From positions 246 through 64,245 of the forward strand of contig MGPE01000009.1 of assembly GCA_001797335.1 (NCBI GenBank): a DNA stretch of 64,000 bases, read 5' to 3'. The translations under genes were made by a program, and so were the position numbers. Below, in pieces: positions 14,238-23,195 of the stretch. The stretch comes from Deltaproteobacteria bacterium GWA2_38_16 (GTDB lineage Bacteria; Bdellovibrionota; JACOXK01; 2-02-FULL-40-11). Each line of letters begins with the position of its first letter. Positions within the stretch are counted from its first letter, which is position 1. The notes under the pieces were generated by a model. It was not told where the DNA came from and did no database searches. It saw only the letters and a list, made by a program, of their open reading frames with translations.

Positions 14238-15691
14238 ATGGCCTCATGTGCAACTTCTCGATCATCAAAATGAATTTTTGTTTTTCCTAAAATTTGGTAA
14301 TCCTCATGCCCTTTTCCAGCGATTAAAATAATATCTTTGGGTTTAGCTAGGGCAATGGCTTTTTGAATGGCACGCTTTCGATCTATTTCCACACTATAAT
14401 TTTTTTGAGTAAATCCTCCTAAAATTTCTTCAATAATTTTTTGTGGCTCTTCAGTTCTAGGATTATCAGAGGTTACAATTACCTGATTGCTAAAATTTTC
14501 GGCGGCTTTAGCCATCAGTGGCCGTTTTTTTCGATCGCGATCTCCTCCGCATCCAAAAACCGTAATAATTCTATTTTTCTTTAACTTTTGAAGGGCTTGG
14601 CCTACGTTTTTTAGCGCATCATCGGTATGTGCATAATCGACCAGCACCAAATAGGGTTGGCCAGCATCTACCCGCTCAAGCCTTCCTGGAACCCTTTTTA
14701 AATTCCACACCCCTTGCTCAATAATTTTTTGAGAAATACCTAAAGCGCTGGCTACTCCTATAACTCCTATAATATTGGATAAATTATGTTCTCCTAAAAG
14801 CTGAGAACGAATAGAAAATATTTTTTCTCCTACCTTTATTTCCGCTTTTAACCCTTCCAAATTAAATTCAAAACTTTTTACAACGATATCAGCCCCCGTA
14901 GAATGAGTGGTAAAGCACTGGGCTACTTGTTTATTTTTTTTAAGTTCTTCATATAATTTTACTCCGTAAGGATCATCGATATTAATAATGGAAGTAGGCA
15001 TTTTTTTTTGACTGTGTTTTAAAAGATCTAAAAATAATCTTTTTTTCGACGAAAAATAATCATTAAAATCCTTATGAAAATCTAAATGATCTTGGGTTAA
15101 ATTGGTAAAAAGCCCCACATTAAAGTGGCTTCCATCCACCCGTTTTAATTTTAAGGCATGAGACGATACTTCCATAACCACGTGCCCTACTCCTTCTTTT
15201 TTCATGTCATAGAGCATTTTTTGAAAATCTAAGGATTCAGGTGTGGTATTAGGAGCAGGGATTTCTTTTCCCCCATATCGGTAATTAACAGTCCCAATGA
15301 CGCCCGGATTAAATCCAGCTTCTTTAAAGATAGATTCTAAAATATAGGTAGAAGTTGTCTTTCCATTCGTCCCCGTCACGCCTACTAACACTAAATTTTT
15401 TGTGGGATGGCCAAAAAATTCACACGATAACAGGGCCAAGGCTTCCCGGGTATCTGGGACAATAATTTGAATAATGCCTGGAGAGATATCTTGTTTTTTT
15501 TGAACCACAACAGCTTTAATACCCTTTTTAACAACATCATTGATATACTGGTGTCCATCGCAAACAAATCCTGGAACAGCCACGTATAAAGAAGAGGGAG
15601 TTACGGTTCTTGAATCTGCCGTTAAATGTTGAATTTCGATATCTTTATTTATTTTAACTTTTAAACTTCGAATAAGTGTAGAAAGTTTCAT
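14213..15691 (-). CDS. murE: UDP-MurNAc-L-Ala-D-Glu--2,6-diaminopimelate ligase MurE.
   Basis: GVTGTNGKTTST P-loop and DNPR motif (VTSDNPRTEEP). Confidence 0.92.
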   Translation of the reverse strand: MKLSTLIRSLKVKINKDIEIQHLTADSRTVTPSSLYVAVPGFVCDGHQYINDVVKKGIKAVVVQKKQDISPGIIQIIVPDTREALALLSCEFFGHPTKNLVLVGVTGTNGKTTSTYILESIFKEAGFNPGVIGTVNYRYGGKEIPAPNTTPESLDFQKMLYDMKKEGVGHVVMEVSSHALKLKRVDGSHFNVGLFTNLTQDHLDFHKDFNDYFSSKKRLFLDLLKHSQKKMPTSIINIDDPYGVKLYEELKKNKQVAQCFTTHSTGADIVVKSFEFNLEGLKAEIKVGEKIFSIRSQLLGEHNLSNIIGVIGVASALGISQKIIEQGVWNLKRVPGRLERVDAGQPYLVLVDYAHTDDALKNVGQALQKLKKNRIITVFGCGGDRDRKKRPLMAKAAENFSNQVIVTSDNPRTEEPQKIIEEILGGFTQKNYSVEIDRKRAIQKAIALAKPKDIILIAGKGHEDYQILGKTKIHFDDREVAHEAICLQLKKS

Positions 15692-17751
15692 TATGGAGAA
15701 TGTGTTTTAAATGTCACACTACATTTTTGTCCTGCTTGTAAAGCACTTCCTACTTTTAAAGACTGTTCTACGGCTACCCCACTGCCTTTAACAGTTAAAA
15801 TAAGCCCTGCTTGGCGTGCAAACTCTAGTACTTCTCGCATGGATTTACCGCGAAGATCTGGCATCTGAGAAGGGTTCTGGTCTACTCTTCGAGACACGCT
15901 ATCAAATTTCCCTGCGAGAAATTTGCGCTCCCTCTCGGACTCGCTCCCCTCAGGGACAAGTCCCTTCGGGACCATGCCCGCTCGTCCTGCGAGAGGGTCT
16001 CTTAGAATAGACCAGAACCCTTCTCTTGTAACAGTATCTTCTTCGGTGCCACCCACCCACCTGCTTGGAAAAAGTCGTAACGTATGCAACGCCACGGATT
16101 TAAATAAGGGCGCAGCCACTTGGCTTGCATAATAATATTTTTTAGGTTCATCGATTAAGACTAAAATCGTAAATTTTTCCCCTTTATGATCAGCCGGGGT
16201 AAATCCCAAAAAAGAAGCTAAAAATTTATTCGGATAATAGCCCCCCCGTTCTAAGTTTGGTTTTTGGGCGGTCCCTGTTTTCCCAGCCACCGCATATTCA
16301 TCTAAAGCGGCCAAATATCCCGTCCCATCTTCTTCTATCACCCTCATAAGTATTGCGGTTAGCTTTTGAGATACCTCCTGGGTAATCACTTGTCTTAAAA
16401 TTTGTGGCTCTGTCTCTTTTATTTCTCCTGTTTCACTTTCAATAATCTTTTTTACCACAAATGGCCGCATGAGTTTTCCACCATTGGCAATAGCCGACAT
16501 AGCAGAAATAAGTTGAATGGGCGTTACAGAAATTCCTTGTCCAAAAGCTATATTGCTTACATCAATTTTTTCCCATGTTTTAAAAGGCCGAATAATGCCA
16601 GATGCCTCACCAGGCACATCAATACCCGTTTTATTTCCAAATCCAAACTCTAATATTTTTCGATGGAATGGAATTTTCCCTAATTGAAGCGCTACTTTTG
16701 CAGCCCCAATGTTACTTGAATATTTAAGAACATCCGCTAAGGTTAGCCATCCATATTTGTGTTTTTGTGCTTCTCGAATAGAATCTTTGCTATTCACCTG
16801 AAAGTGTCCATTTTCACAAAAAAATTGTTCTGAGGGCAAAATTCCTTCTTCTAGAGCTAGCGCTGTTAAAAAAACTTTAAAAGTAGATCCAGGTTCCACA
16901 CTTTCTGTCACCGCTTGATTTTTCCATACAGATTCAGGATATTTTTTAAACTCATTGGGATTAAAATAGGGATACTGGGCTAAAGATAAAATTTCTCCCG
17001 TTATGCTATTTTGAACAATAGCTAATCCCCGACGTGCTTGAAACTTATGAACCTGATTTTCCAGTTCTCTTTCAATAAAAAACTGTAAAGATTTATCTAA
17101 AGATAAAATAAGAGAATTCCCCTCTTGTGCTTCTAAAAACTGAGTTTCATCCACAGAGATGGTTCTTCCCCGGGCATCTCTCATTAAGGCTAAAGATTTT
17201 TTTTGCCCCTGAAGAATAGCATCGTACCCATATTCCAAGCCTTCGATTCCTTGCGAATCAATCCCTGTCATTCCTAAAAGTTGTCCCGCCAATTCTTGAT
17301 TATTATAAAATCGCTGATACTCATAAATAATGCCCACGCCTTCCAAAGGGTGTTGAGTCAGTTTCGCCGTCACAGAATCATTCACTAACCGATCAATCCA
17401 CACAAAAGATTTTTTAGATTTTAACTTTGAATAGATTTTAGAATAAGAAATCCCCGTAAGATGACTTAATTTTTGAGCCATCTGTTTAGAATTTCGAATC
17501 GTTTTAGGATTAGCAAAAATGGAGCCCACCTTGCGACTCATGGCCAACTCATTCATATTCCGATCGTAAATAACCCCTCTTTTAGGAAAAAGGGTAATGG
17601 CAGCGCGATATTGACGTGAGGCTAATTCCAAAAGCCTTTGATTGGGAACCATTTGAAGTTGCAGAGCTCGTCCAACGATAAAAAGAAAGAAAAAGATCCC
17701 AATAAAAAAAATAATGAGTACTCGAAATCGTAAAAATCCCAAATGAATCAT
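15691..17751 (-). CDS. ftsI: Class B penicillin-binding protein FtsI (PBP3) with a C-terminal PASTA domain. A roughly 55-aa low-complexity insertion is encoded by the embedded palindromic element.
   Basis: N-terminal TM. Transpeptidase motifs STFK, SSN and KTGT. C-terminal PASTA-like segment MPDLRGKSMREVLEFARQAGLILTVKGSGVAVEQS. Confidence 0.9.
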   Translation of the reverse strand: MIHLGFLRFRVLIIFFIGIFFFLFIVGRALQLQMVPNQRLLELASRQYRAAITLFPKRGVIYDRNMNELAMSRKVGSIFANPKTIRNSKQMAQKLSHLTGISYSKIYSKLKSKKSFVWIDRLVNDSVTAKLTQHPLEGVGIIYEYQRFYNNQELAGQLLGMTGIDSQGIEGLEYGYDAILQGQKKSLALMRDARGRTISVDETQFLEAQEGNSLILSLDKSLQFFIERELENQVHKFQARRGLAIVQNSITGEILSLAQYPYFNPNEFKKYPESVWKNQAVTESVEPGSTFKVFLTALALEEGILPSEQFFCENGHFQVNSKDSIREAQKHKYGWLTLADVLKYSSNIGAAKVALQLGKIPFHRKILEFGFGNKTGIDVPGEASGIIRPFKTWEKIDVSNIAFGQGISVTPIQLISAMSAIANGGKLMRPFVVKKIIESETGEIKETEPQILRQVITQEVSQKLTAILMRVIEEDGTGYLAALDEYAVAGKTGTAQKPNLERGGYYPNKFLASFLGFTPADHKGEKFTILVLIDEPKKYYYASQVAAPLFKSVALHTLRLFPSRWVGGTEEDTVTREGFWSILRDPLAGRAGMVPKGLVPEGSESERERKFLAGKFDSVSRRVDQNPSQMPDLRGKSMREVLEFARQAGLILTVKGSGVAVEQSLKVGSALQAGQKCSVTFKTHSP
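15862..16028. repeat. GC-rich, nested-palindromic element inserted in frame inside ftsI. RPE/MITE-like. Terminal imperfect inverted repeats GAGAAGGGTTCTGGTCTA / TAGACCAGAACCCTTCTC.
   Basis: Inverted repeats at 15866-15883 and 16008-16025. Internal direct repeat CCTGCGAGA (15911-15919, 15987-15995). GUCCC-UUC-GGGAC hairpin at about 15957-15970. Local GC far above the flanking coding sequence. Reading frame preserved. Confidence 0.65.
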
Positions 17752-17761
17752 AGATGAAAAA

Positions 17762-18118
17762 TCATTTCATATAAATGACTTGATGTTGTGATGGATCTTT
17801 TAATTTTAACTGATTTTTTGCCAAATAAGAAAGCCTGGAAGGAGACATTAGAGTCGCCAGTTCCACTTTAAACCGTTCATTTTTTAAATAGAGCCTTTTT
17901 TCTTCTTTAGAAGCTTCTAAAATAGCGTAATTTAATCTCACCACTTCAAGTCTACTCCATACATAAAATAATACTGTTCCAGTTAAAAGAATCCCCAGCA
18001 TCATCAGCGTTCCTAGCCCTCGCAATAAAGCTTTTTTATCAGTAATCACCGGACGTTTTTGAGAAAGTAAAAAATGTTGCTGCTGATTTCGCCTTTTTAT
18101 TTTTTGTGGTCTCATCAC
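17762..18118 (-). CDS. ftsL: Cell division protein FtsL.
   Basis: Small bitopic protein (TM LGTLMMLGILLTGTVLFYVW) with a coiled-coil periplasmic part. Sits between rsmH and ftsI. Confidence 0.8.
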   Translation of the reverse strand: MMRPQKIKRRNQQQHFLLSQKRPVITDKKALLRGLGTLMMLGILLTGTVLFYVWSRLEVVRLNYAILEASKEEKRLYLKNERFKVELATLMSPSRLSYLAKNQLKLKDPSQHQVIYMK

Positions 18119-19038
18119 TTAACTCTTTCAATCACTCTTAATTTTGCACTCCGAGATCTTGGATTTTTCCTAATTTCTTCATCAGATGGTACAGCTGGTT
18201 TTTGAGTGATGCGTTTTCCAACAGGCTTTTTTCCACACACACACTTTGGAAAATCCGAAGGACAAGTACACGGATTTTCAAAACTATAAAAGGTTTGTTT
18301 TACAATTCTATCTTCCAAAGAATGAAAACTAATAACACCTAGCCTTCCTCCCTCTTTCAAACACTGAAAAATATCTTTTAAGGCTTGATCCAATCCCTCT
18401 AATTCTTCATTGACAGCGATTCGAAGCGCTTGAAAGACACGGGTTGCCGGGTGGATCGATTGCCCCCATCGAGGGGAAATTTCACAAATCAAATTTGAAA
18501 GCTGAAGGGTTGTTTGAATAGGGTCCTTTTTTCGTCTTTGACAAATGGCTTTTGCAATTTGACGACTTAATCTTTCTTCTCCAAATTGAAAAAAAATATC
18601 TGCTAATTTTTCTTCTGAAAGTGTATTTACAATATCAAAAGCTTTTTCTTTTTGGGAGCTATCCATCCTCATATCCAAAGGGCCTTCTTGCTGAAAACTA
18701 AATCCTCTCTCACTATCCGCCAATTGAAAAGAAGAAAAACCTAAATCCAGTAAAGCTCCCTGAAATTTTTGTACTGGAAATTTTTTCTTCATCGTCATAA
18801 TATCTTTAAAATTTCCTTTATAGAGATACAGTCTCTTATTAAGTTCTTCTTTAAATTTTTTTTTTACTTCTTCTAATGCTTTTTTATCCCGATCAATGCC
18901 AATCACTCTAATAGAAGGGGCTATTTTTAAAATTGCTTTTGTATGTCCCCCCAGCCCTACCGTTCCATCCAAATAAATACCTTTTTCTTTAACTCCCAAT
19001 AATTGAATCACTTCATTCACTAAGACTGGCTCATGCAT
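18115..19038 (-). CDS. rsmH: 16S rRNA (cytosine1402-N4)-methyltransferase RsmH (MraW).
   Basis: MHEPVLVNEVIQLL...DGTVGLGGHTKAIL SAM-binding motif and C-terminal RSRSAKLRV. First gene of the dcw cluster here; no mraZ upstream. Confidence 0.93.
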   Translation of the reverse strand: MHEPVLVNEVIQLLGVKEKGIYLDGTVGLGGHTKAILKIAPSIRVIGIDRDKKALEEVKKKFKEELNKRLYLYKGNFKDIMTMKKKFPVQKFQGALLDLGFSSFQLADSERGFSFQQEGPLDMRMDSSQKEKAFDIVNTLSEEKLADIFFQFGEERLSRQIAKAICQRRKKDPIQTTLQLSNLICEISPRWGQSIHPATRVFQALRIAVNEELEGLDQALKDIFQCLKEGGRLGVISFHSLEDRIVKQTFYSFENPCTCPSDFPKCVCGKKPVGKRITQKPAVPSDEEIRKNPRSRSAKLRVIERVK

Positions 19039-19088
19039 TTCATTGAAATCATATCACTTTTCGGCATATTCTCCAAAATTCTTTAACG

Positions 19089-19113
19089 TGTCATCCCCAC
19101 GAAAGCGAGGATC
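19089..19113 (-). repeat. Degenerate copy, in reverse orientation, of the REP-like hairpin family GGATYCCCGC-N4-5-GCGGGGATGAC.
   Basis: GTCATCCCCACGAAAGCGAGGATCT is the reverse complement of the consensus with two G-to-A changes. Located in the rsmH upstream intergenic region. Confidence 0.5.
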
Positions 19114-19169
19114 TCTCACTAGAATCTATATATAGTGTATATTAAATTTTATAACGCAAGATATAGCAC

Positions 19170-20873
19170 TTGATTGCAACTTTTCTTCACGATACAGCTA
19201 TGATTACATCTATGAAAATCGCGTATATCTATGATGCTATTTACCCTTATATAAAAATTCTTCCTTGCCTAAAAAAAGATATTTCTCCTTTTCTCTCAGG
19301 CTTATTTGGAGCTATCTTAGGAGGTTCATTTTTTCTATTACTATTTGATTTTTCTTTATTAAATCCCTTGAATATCGAGTGGCTGATGGGCGATCAAGGA
19401 GACATAACACAATCTTTTCTGGGGTGGCATTTCTTTAGAAATAGTGAATGGACATTTCCACTAGGCAAGATTTTGCAATACAATTTTCCGCAAGGTACTT
19501 CAATTGGTTTCACTGATTCAATACCTTTTTTAGCTTTATTATTTAAGACTATGAATCCACTCCTTTCAGATTCGTTTCAATATCTAGGTCCTTGGTTGTT
19601 CTTTTGTTATATTTTACAAGGCTTCACATCTGCTTTGCTCATTAGGGCTCATTGTAAAAATGTCGTGCTCATAATTCTGGGAACTCTTTTTTTTGTTATA
19701 AATCCAGTACTCCTTAATAGAATAGGTCATGTAGCGCTAGTTGGACATTGGATTTTATTAGCGGCTTTATGGTTTTATTCATCTTTAAAAACCTTCCAAA
19801 CAAAAAAATATTTTTCTTTTTGGTTGATTCTCTTCTTCTTTAGCTGTGGAACACACCCCTATTTAACTATTATGGTATTTTGCTTATTCTTAGCCCATAA
19901 TTTTCATCTTAAAATCATTGATAAAAATTATTTAATAAAACAACTACTTTTGAATCATGTTTTTTTTATTTTCATAATTTTGATTCTATGGTGGAATTTT
20001 GGCTATTTCTCTCGAGGATATGGCGTTTCAAATTATACAGCTGAAGGTTATGGCTATTTTTCACTAAATCTAAATGCATTGTTTAATTTTCATTCTTCAT
20101 CTCTCTTTAAGGGATTACCTTACGCAACAAAAGGTCAGTACGAGGGCTTCAGTTACTTAGGTCTGGGCGGCATTATTTTATGCATATTATCTTTTCTAGC
20201 TCTCATTTCAAAACCAGGGCTAAAACAATATCTAAAGAAACATTCTCCTTTAATTGCAGTTTGTATCATTCTAACCTTATATGCCCTAAGTCACAAAATC
20301 ACATTTGGAGATAAAGTCTTAATAAACATCCCCTTACCCTCTTTTCTAGGTGATTTTTTTTCGATATTTAGAAGCAGCGGCCGTTTTTTTTGGGTTCCTT
20401 ATTATATACTTCTTACAATACCTTTTTTTATTTTAGCGGAAAGACTTAAATTGAGCTTTATGATTTTAATTCTAATTTTTACACTATGTCTGCAAGTTCT
20501 AGACTTGAAACAACTCTATCAGCAAAAAACATTTACTAAAAGATGGAGCTACACATTAGTGTCCCATGAATGGGAAACATTGGCTAAACAATATGAACAT
20601 ATTGTGCTCTTGCCCCCGAGAAAATGTGCTCATCCACCACAAATTCCAATACATGATCTTATTTTTTTTTCTGCCAAAAATCGTTTTTCACTTAATACAG
20701 GTCTTTATGCCCACCCATATATTGATTCTGAATATTGTAATTCACTGGTTCAATTAATTACAAATCACACTTTTGATTCAAAGACTCTTTATATTCCTGT
20801 TCCGAGATTATTAAGATTTCTTGACTTAAATTGTACAAAAATAGATGCCATATTAGTATGTAGAAAAATTTGA
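19170..20873 (+). CDS. Polytopic integral membrane protein, more than 10 TM helices, with a C-terminal soluble region. Likely glycan-polymer related. The real start may be the Met at 19210.
   Basis: Many hydrophobic helices. Its first residues, MKIAYIYDAIYPYIK, duplicate the N-terminus of the adjacent GT4 gene at 20933. Sits in the glycan locus. Confidence 0.6.
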   Translation: MIATFLHDTAMITSMKIAYIYDAIYPYIKILPCLKKDISPFLSGLFGAILGGSFFLLLFDFSLLNPLNIEWLMGDQGDITQSFLGWHFFRNSEWTFPLGKILQYNFPQGTSIGFTDSIPFLALLFKTMNPLLSDSFQYLGPWLFFCYILQGFTSALLIRAHCKNVVLIILGTLFFVINPVLLNRIGHVALVGHWILLAALWFYSSLKTFQTKKYFSFWLILFFFSCGTHPYLTIMVFCLFLAHNFHLKIIDKNYLIKQLLLNHVFFIFIILILWWNFGYFSRGYGVSNYTAEGYGYFSLNLNALFNFHSSSLFKGLPYATKGQYEGFSYLGLGGIILCILSFLALISKPGLKQYLKKHSPLIAVCIILTLYALSHKITFGDKVLINIPLPSFLGDFFSIFRSSGRFFWVPYYILLTIPFFILAERLKLSFMILILIFTLCLQVLDLKQLYQQKTFTKRWSYTLVSHEWETLAKQYEHIVLLPPRKCAHPPQIPIHDLIFFSAKNRFSLNTGLYAHPYIDSEYCNSLVQLITNHTFDSKTLYIPVPRLLRFLDLNCTKIDAILVCRKI

Positions 20874-20932
20874 TATTTCTTTAGACAATAAATTGCATTG
20901 ATGAATCATCATGCCATTATTATAGTTAGCCC

Positions 20933-21919
20933 ATGAAAATAGCATATATCTATGATGCCATTTATCCCTATATTAAAGGGGGAGTTGAAAAAAGAATTTA
21001 TGGTGAAGCACAAAAACAAGCAGGGCTTGGAAATGAAGTTCATATCTATGGCTACCAATATTGGGAAAGCCCCTCTGTAAAAAAAGAAAATAATATTACT
21101 TATCATGGCTTAATTAAAGCACCTCCCTTGGCCACAAAAACAGGAAAAAGAAGCTTAAAAGGATTATTTTCTTACAATTATTTTTTGGTCTACTCTCTTT
21201 TAAAAAATAACTACGATACAATTGAATGCCAAAACATTCCCTATCTTCCCATTTTTATTTGCTTCTTCATTAGTTTTATTAAAAAAACAAGAATCCAGGT
21301 TGTTTGGCATGAAATTTTGGGACATCATTGGTTTTCTTTTTATCCCATACTTGGATTTTTGGGGTTTTTAATAGAAAAAATGGCTTTAACTTTACCTTTA
21401 GAACACATCGCCATTTCAAACTTTATATTCCAAAAAATTCCCTCAAAAAATAAAAAATTAATCTCTTTTTACCCAAATCAAGATGAAATTTTTCATGCCC
21501 CTACTCTAAATGACCATTTTGATATCATCTTTGCTGGACGATTTGTTCGCCACAAACAACCAGAACTTCTGATTCAAACCCTGGACATGTTAGCTCAGAA
21601 AAATTTTTATCCTAAAACACTTTTTATTGGCGAAGGTCCTTTAAAGTCTCAGGTTCAAGCTGTAGCTCAAGAAAAGAAATTAAAAAATGTTCAATTTATT
21701 AATTTTGTGCCTAATATTTATTCTTATCTTAAATCCACAAAGCTTCTGGTTCTACCTTCTTTAAGAGAAGGATGTAGCTTTTTAACACTGGAAAGCCAAG
21801 CCTGTAATGCAAAAGTTATTACCATCGATGCACCCCTTAACGCTGCCAAAACACTCACCCCCTATGTGTGTAAAAATAGCCCTCAAGATCTCGCTACAAA
21901 AATTATGGAAAATTATTAA
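20933..21919 (+). CDS. Glycosyltransferase family 4 (GT-B, GT1-like).
   Basis: MKIAYIYDAIYPYIKGGVEKRIY N-terminus. C-terminal FAGRFVRHKQPELLI...LVLPSLREGCSFLTLESQACNAKVI motif typical of GT4. Confidence 0.8.
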   Translation: MKIAYIYDAIYPYIKGGVEKRIYGEAQKQAGLGNEVHIYGYQYWESPSVKKENNITYHGLIKAPPLATKTGKRSLKGLFSYNYFLVYSLLKNNYDTIECQNIPYLPIFICFFISFIKKTRIQVVWHEILGHHWFSFYPILGFLGFLIEKMALTLPLEHIAISNFIFQKIPSKNKKLISFYPNQDEIFHAPTLNDHFDIIFAGRFVRHKQPELLIQTLDMLAQKNFYPKTLFIGEGPLKSQVQAVAQEKKLKNVQFINFVPNIYSYLKSTKLLVLPSLREGCSFLTLESQACNAKVITIDAPLNAAKTLTPYVCKNSPQDLATKIMENY

Positions 21920-23184
21920 TGTTCACACTATTTTCCATAAAAAAACTAATAATAAACATTGTGCTATGCTCGACCACTTTCTTATTTATTTTTTGCTTAA
22001 TTGAAACGACACTACATATATTTAAATATCCAAAATATGCTTATGAAAACGTTCAACAAGAAAGAGTCAAGCTTATTCAAACAATACTCAACTTAAAAAA
22101 GAATGGACTTAAAGCCTATCCTCGCTTATCCCCAGAGTTTATTCGATCACAATCTCAAAAAGAAGATGAACTATTTTTATCTAATATCGGAAATGTTTTT
22201 ATTATTGGTAATGAAGAAGATGATGGTCGACTTATCACTAAAACAGATAAATATGGTTTTAGAAATCCAGTAGATATATATGATAAGCACTCAAATTTTG
22301 ATATTTTCTTATTAGGAGAATCCCATACAGCTGGAGATGAGGTTCCAGATGGATACACACCATCAGATCTGCTTCGTAAAAAAATAAATTACTTAGTTTA
22401 TAATGCAGGCATGGGTGGATCTGGCCTATTACATCAAATGGCCATTTTTTTAAAATATGGTTTACCTAAAAAACCAAAAAATGTTGTCCTTACCATCGTA
22501 GAAGGACTAACATTAAATAGAGGTTACAAAGAACTATCTGATAATCATCTCGTTCATTGGATCAATAACTTTAAACCGGATTATAGCAATATAGATCTAT
22601 CTATAGATTCAAATAAAAAAGATCACCTCTTGAAAGATGCAACCTTGGAATTATCTTCAAACTACGAATTATCTTTATTAACTCACACTAACAATGATCC
22701 CCCTCATTTAAGATTACCCTCACATTGGCCTTATTTGCACAATTCATTTAGAATATTTAGATTTCTAAATTTATATTTTGCTAAGTCTAGTGAATTTGAA
22801 GGATATCCGGCATGCCTCAAAATACAAGAGGGGAAAAAATTAATTTCAGGCATATTTCATAATATAAAAACAATGGTTTCTACTTATGACGGCCATTTTA
22901 CAGTTGTATATCTCCCCAGTTCAAGATGGTTATATCCAAAAAACCAATGGCCAGAATGTGAGAGAGAAATGATTTCTTCCACATCTAAAGAAATGGATAT
23001 TATGTATTTGGATCTTGTGGAAAAATTTTCCAATCTAAATAATCCAAAAGATCTCTATGCCCACGTACATTTTTTTATACATCTCAATAATAGCTATGGG
23101 CACCTAAATCGTGCTGGTTATGATTTCGCAACAAACCAACTTATTTCTTTTTTAAGTTCCAATCCCAATTCAAAAAAACAATAA
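21919..23184 (+). CDS. Membrane-anchored hypothetical protein, possibly an SGNH/DUF1574-like fold.
   Basis: N-terminal TM helix. ...LLGESHTAGDEV segment. No firm family assignment. Confidence 0.45.
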   Translation: MFTLFSIKKLIINIVLCSTTFLFIFCLIETTLHIFKYPKYAYENVQQERVKLIQTILNLKKNGLKAYPRLSPEFIRSQSQKEDELFLSNIGNVFIIGNEEDDGRLITKTDKYGFRNPVDIYDKHSNFDIFLLGESHTAGDEVPDGYTPSDLLRKKINYLVYNAGMGGSGLLHQMAIFLKYGLPKKPKNVVLTIVEGLTLNRGYKELSDNHLVHWINNFKPDYSNIDLSIDSNKKDHLLKDATLELSSNYELSLLTHTNNDPPHLRLPSHWPYLHNSFRIFRFLNLYFAKSSEFEGYPACLKIQEGKKLISGIFHNIKTMVSTYDGHFTVVYLPSSRWLYPKNQWPECEREMISSTSKEMDIMYLDLVEKFSNLNNPKDLYAHVHFFIHLNNSYGHLNRAGYDFATNQLISFLSSNPNSKKQ

Positions 23185-23195
23185 CCTATTTTTCA

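Noticed and set aside
18115-18250. Cys cluster (CTCPSDFPKCVCGK) at the RsmH C-terminus.
   Set aside because: This Cys-containing tail is a known conserved feature of many RsmH/MraW orthologues, not an added domain.
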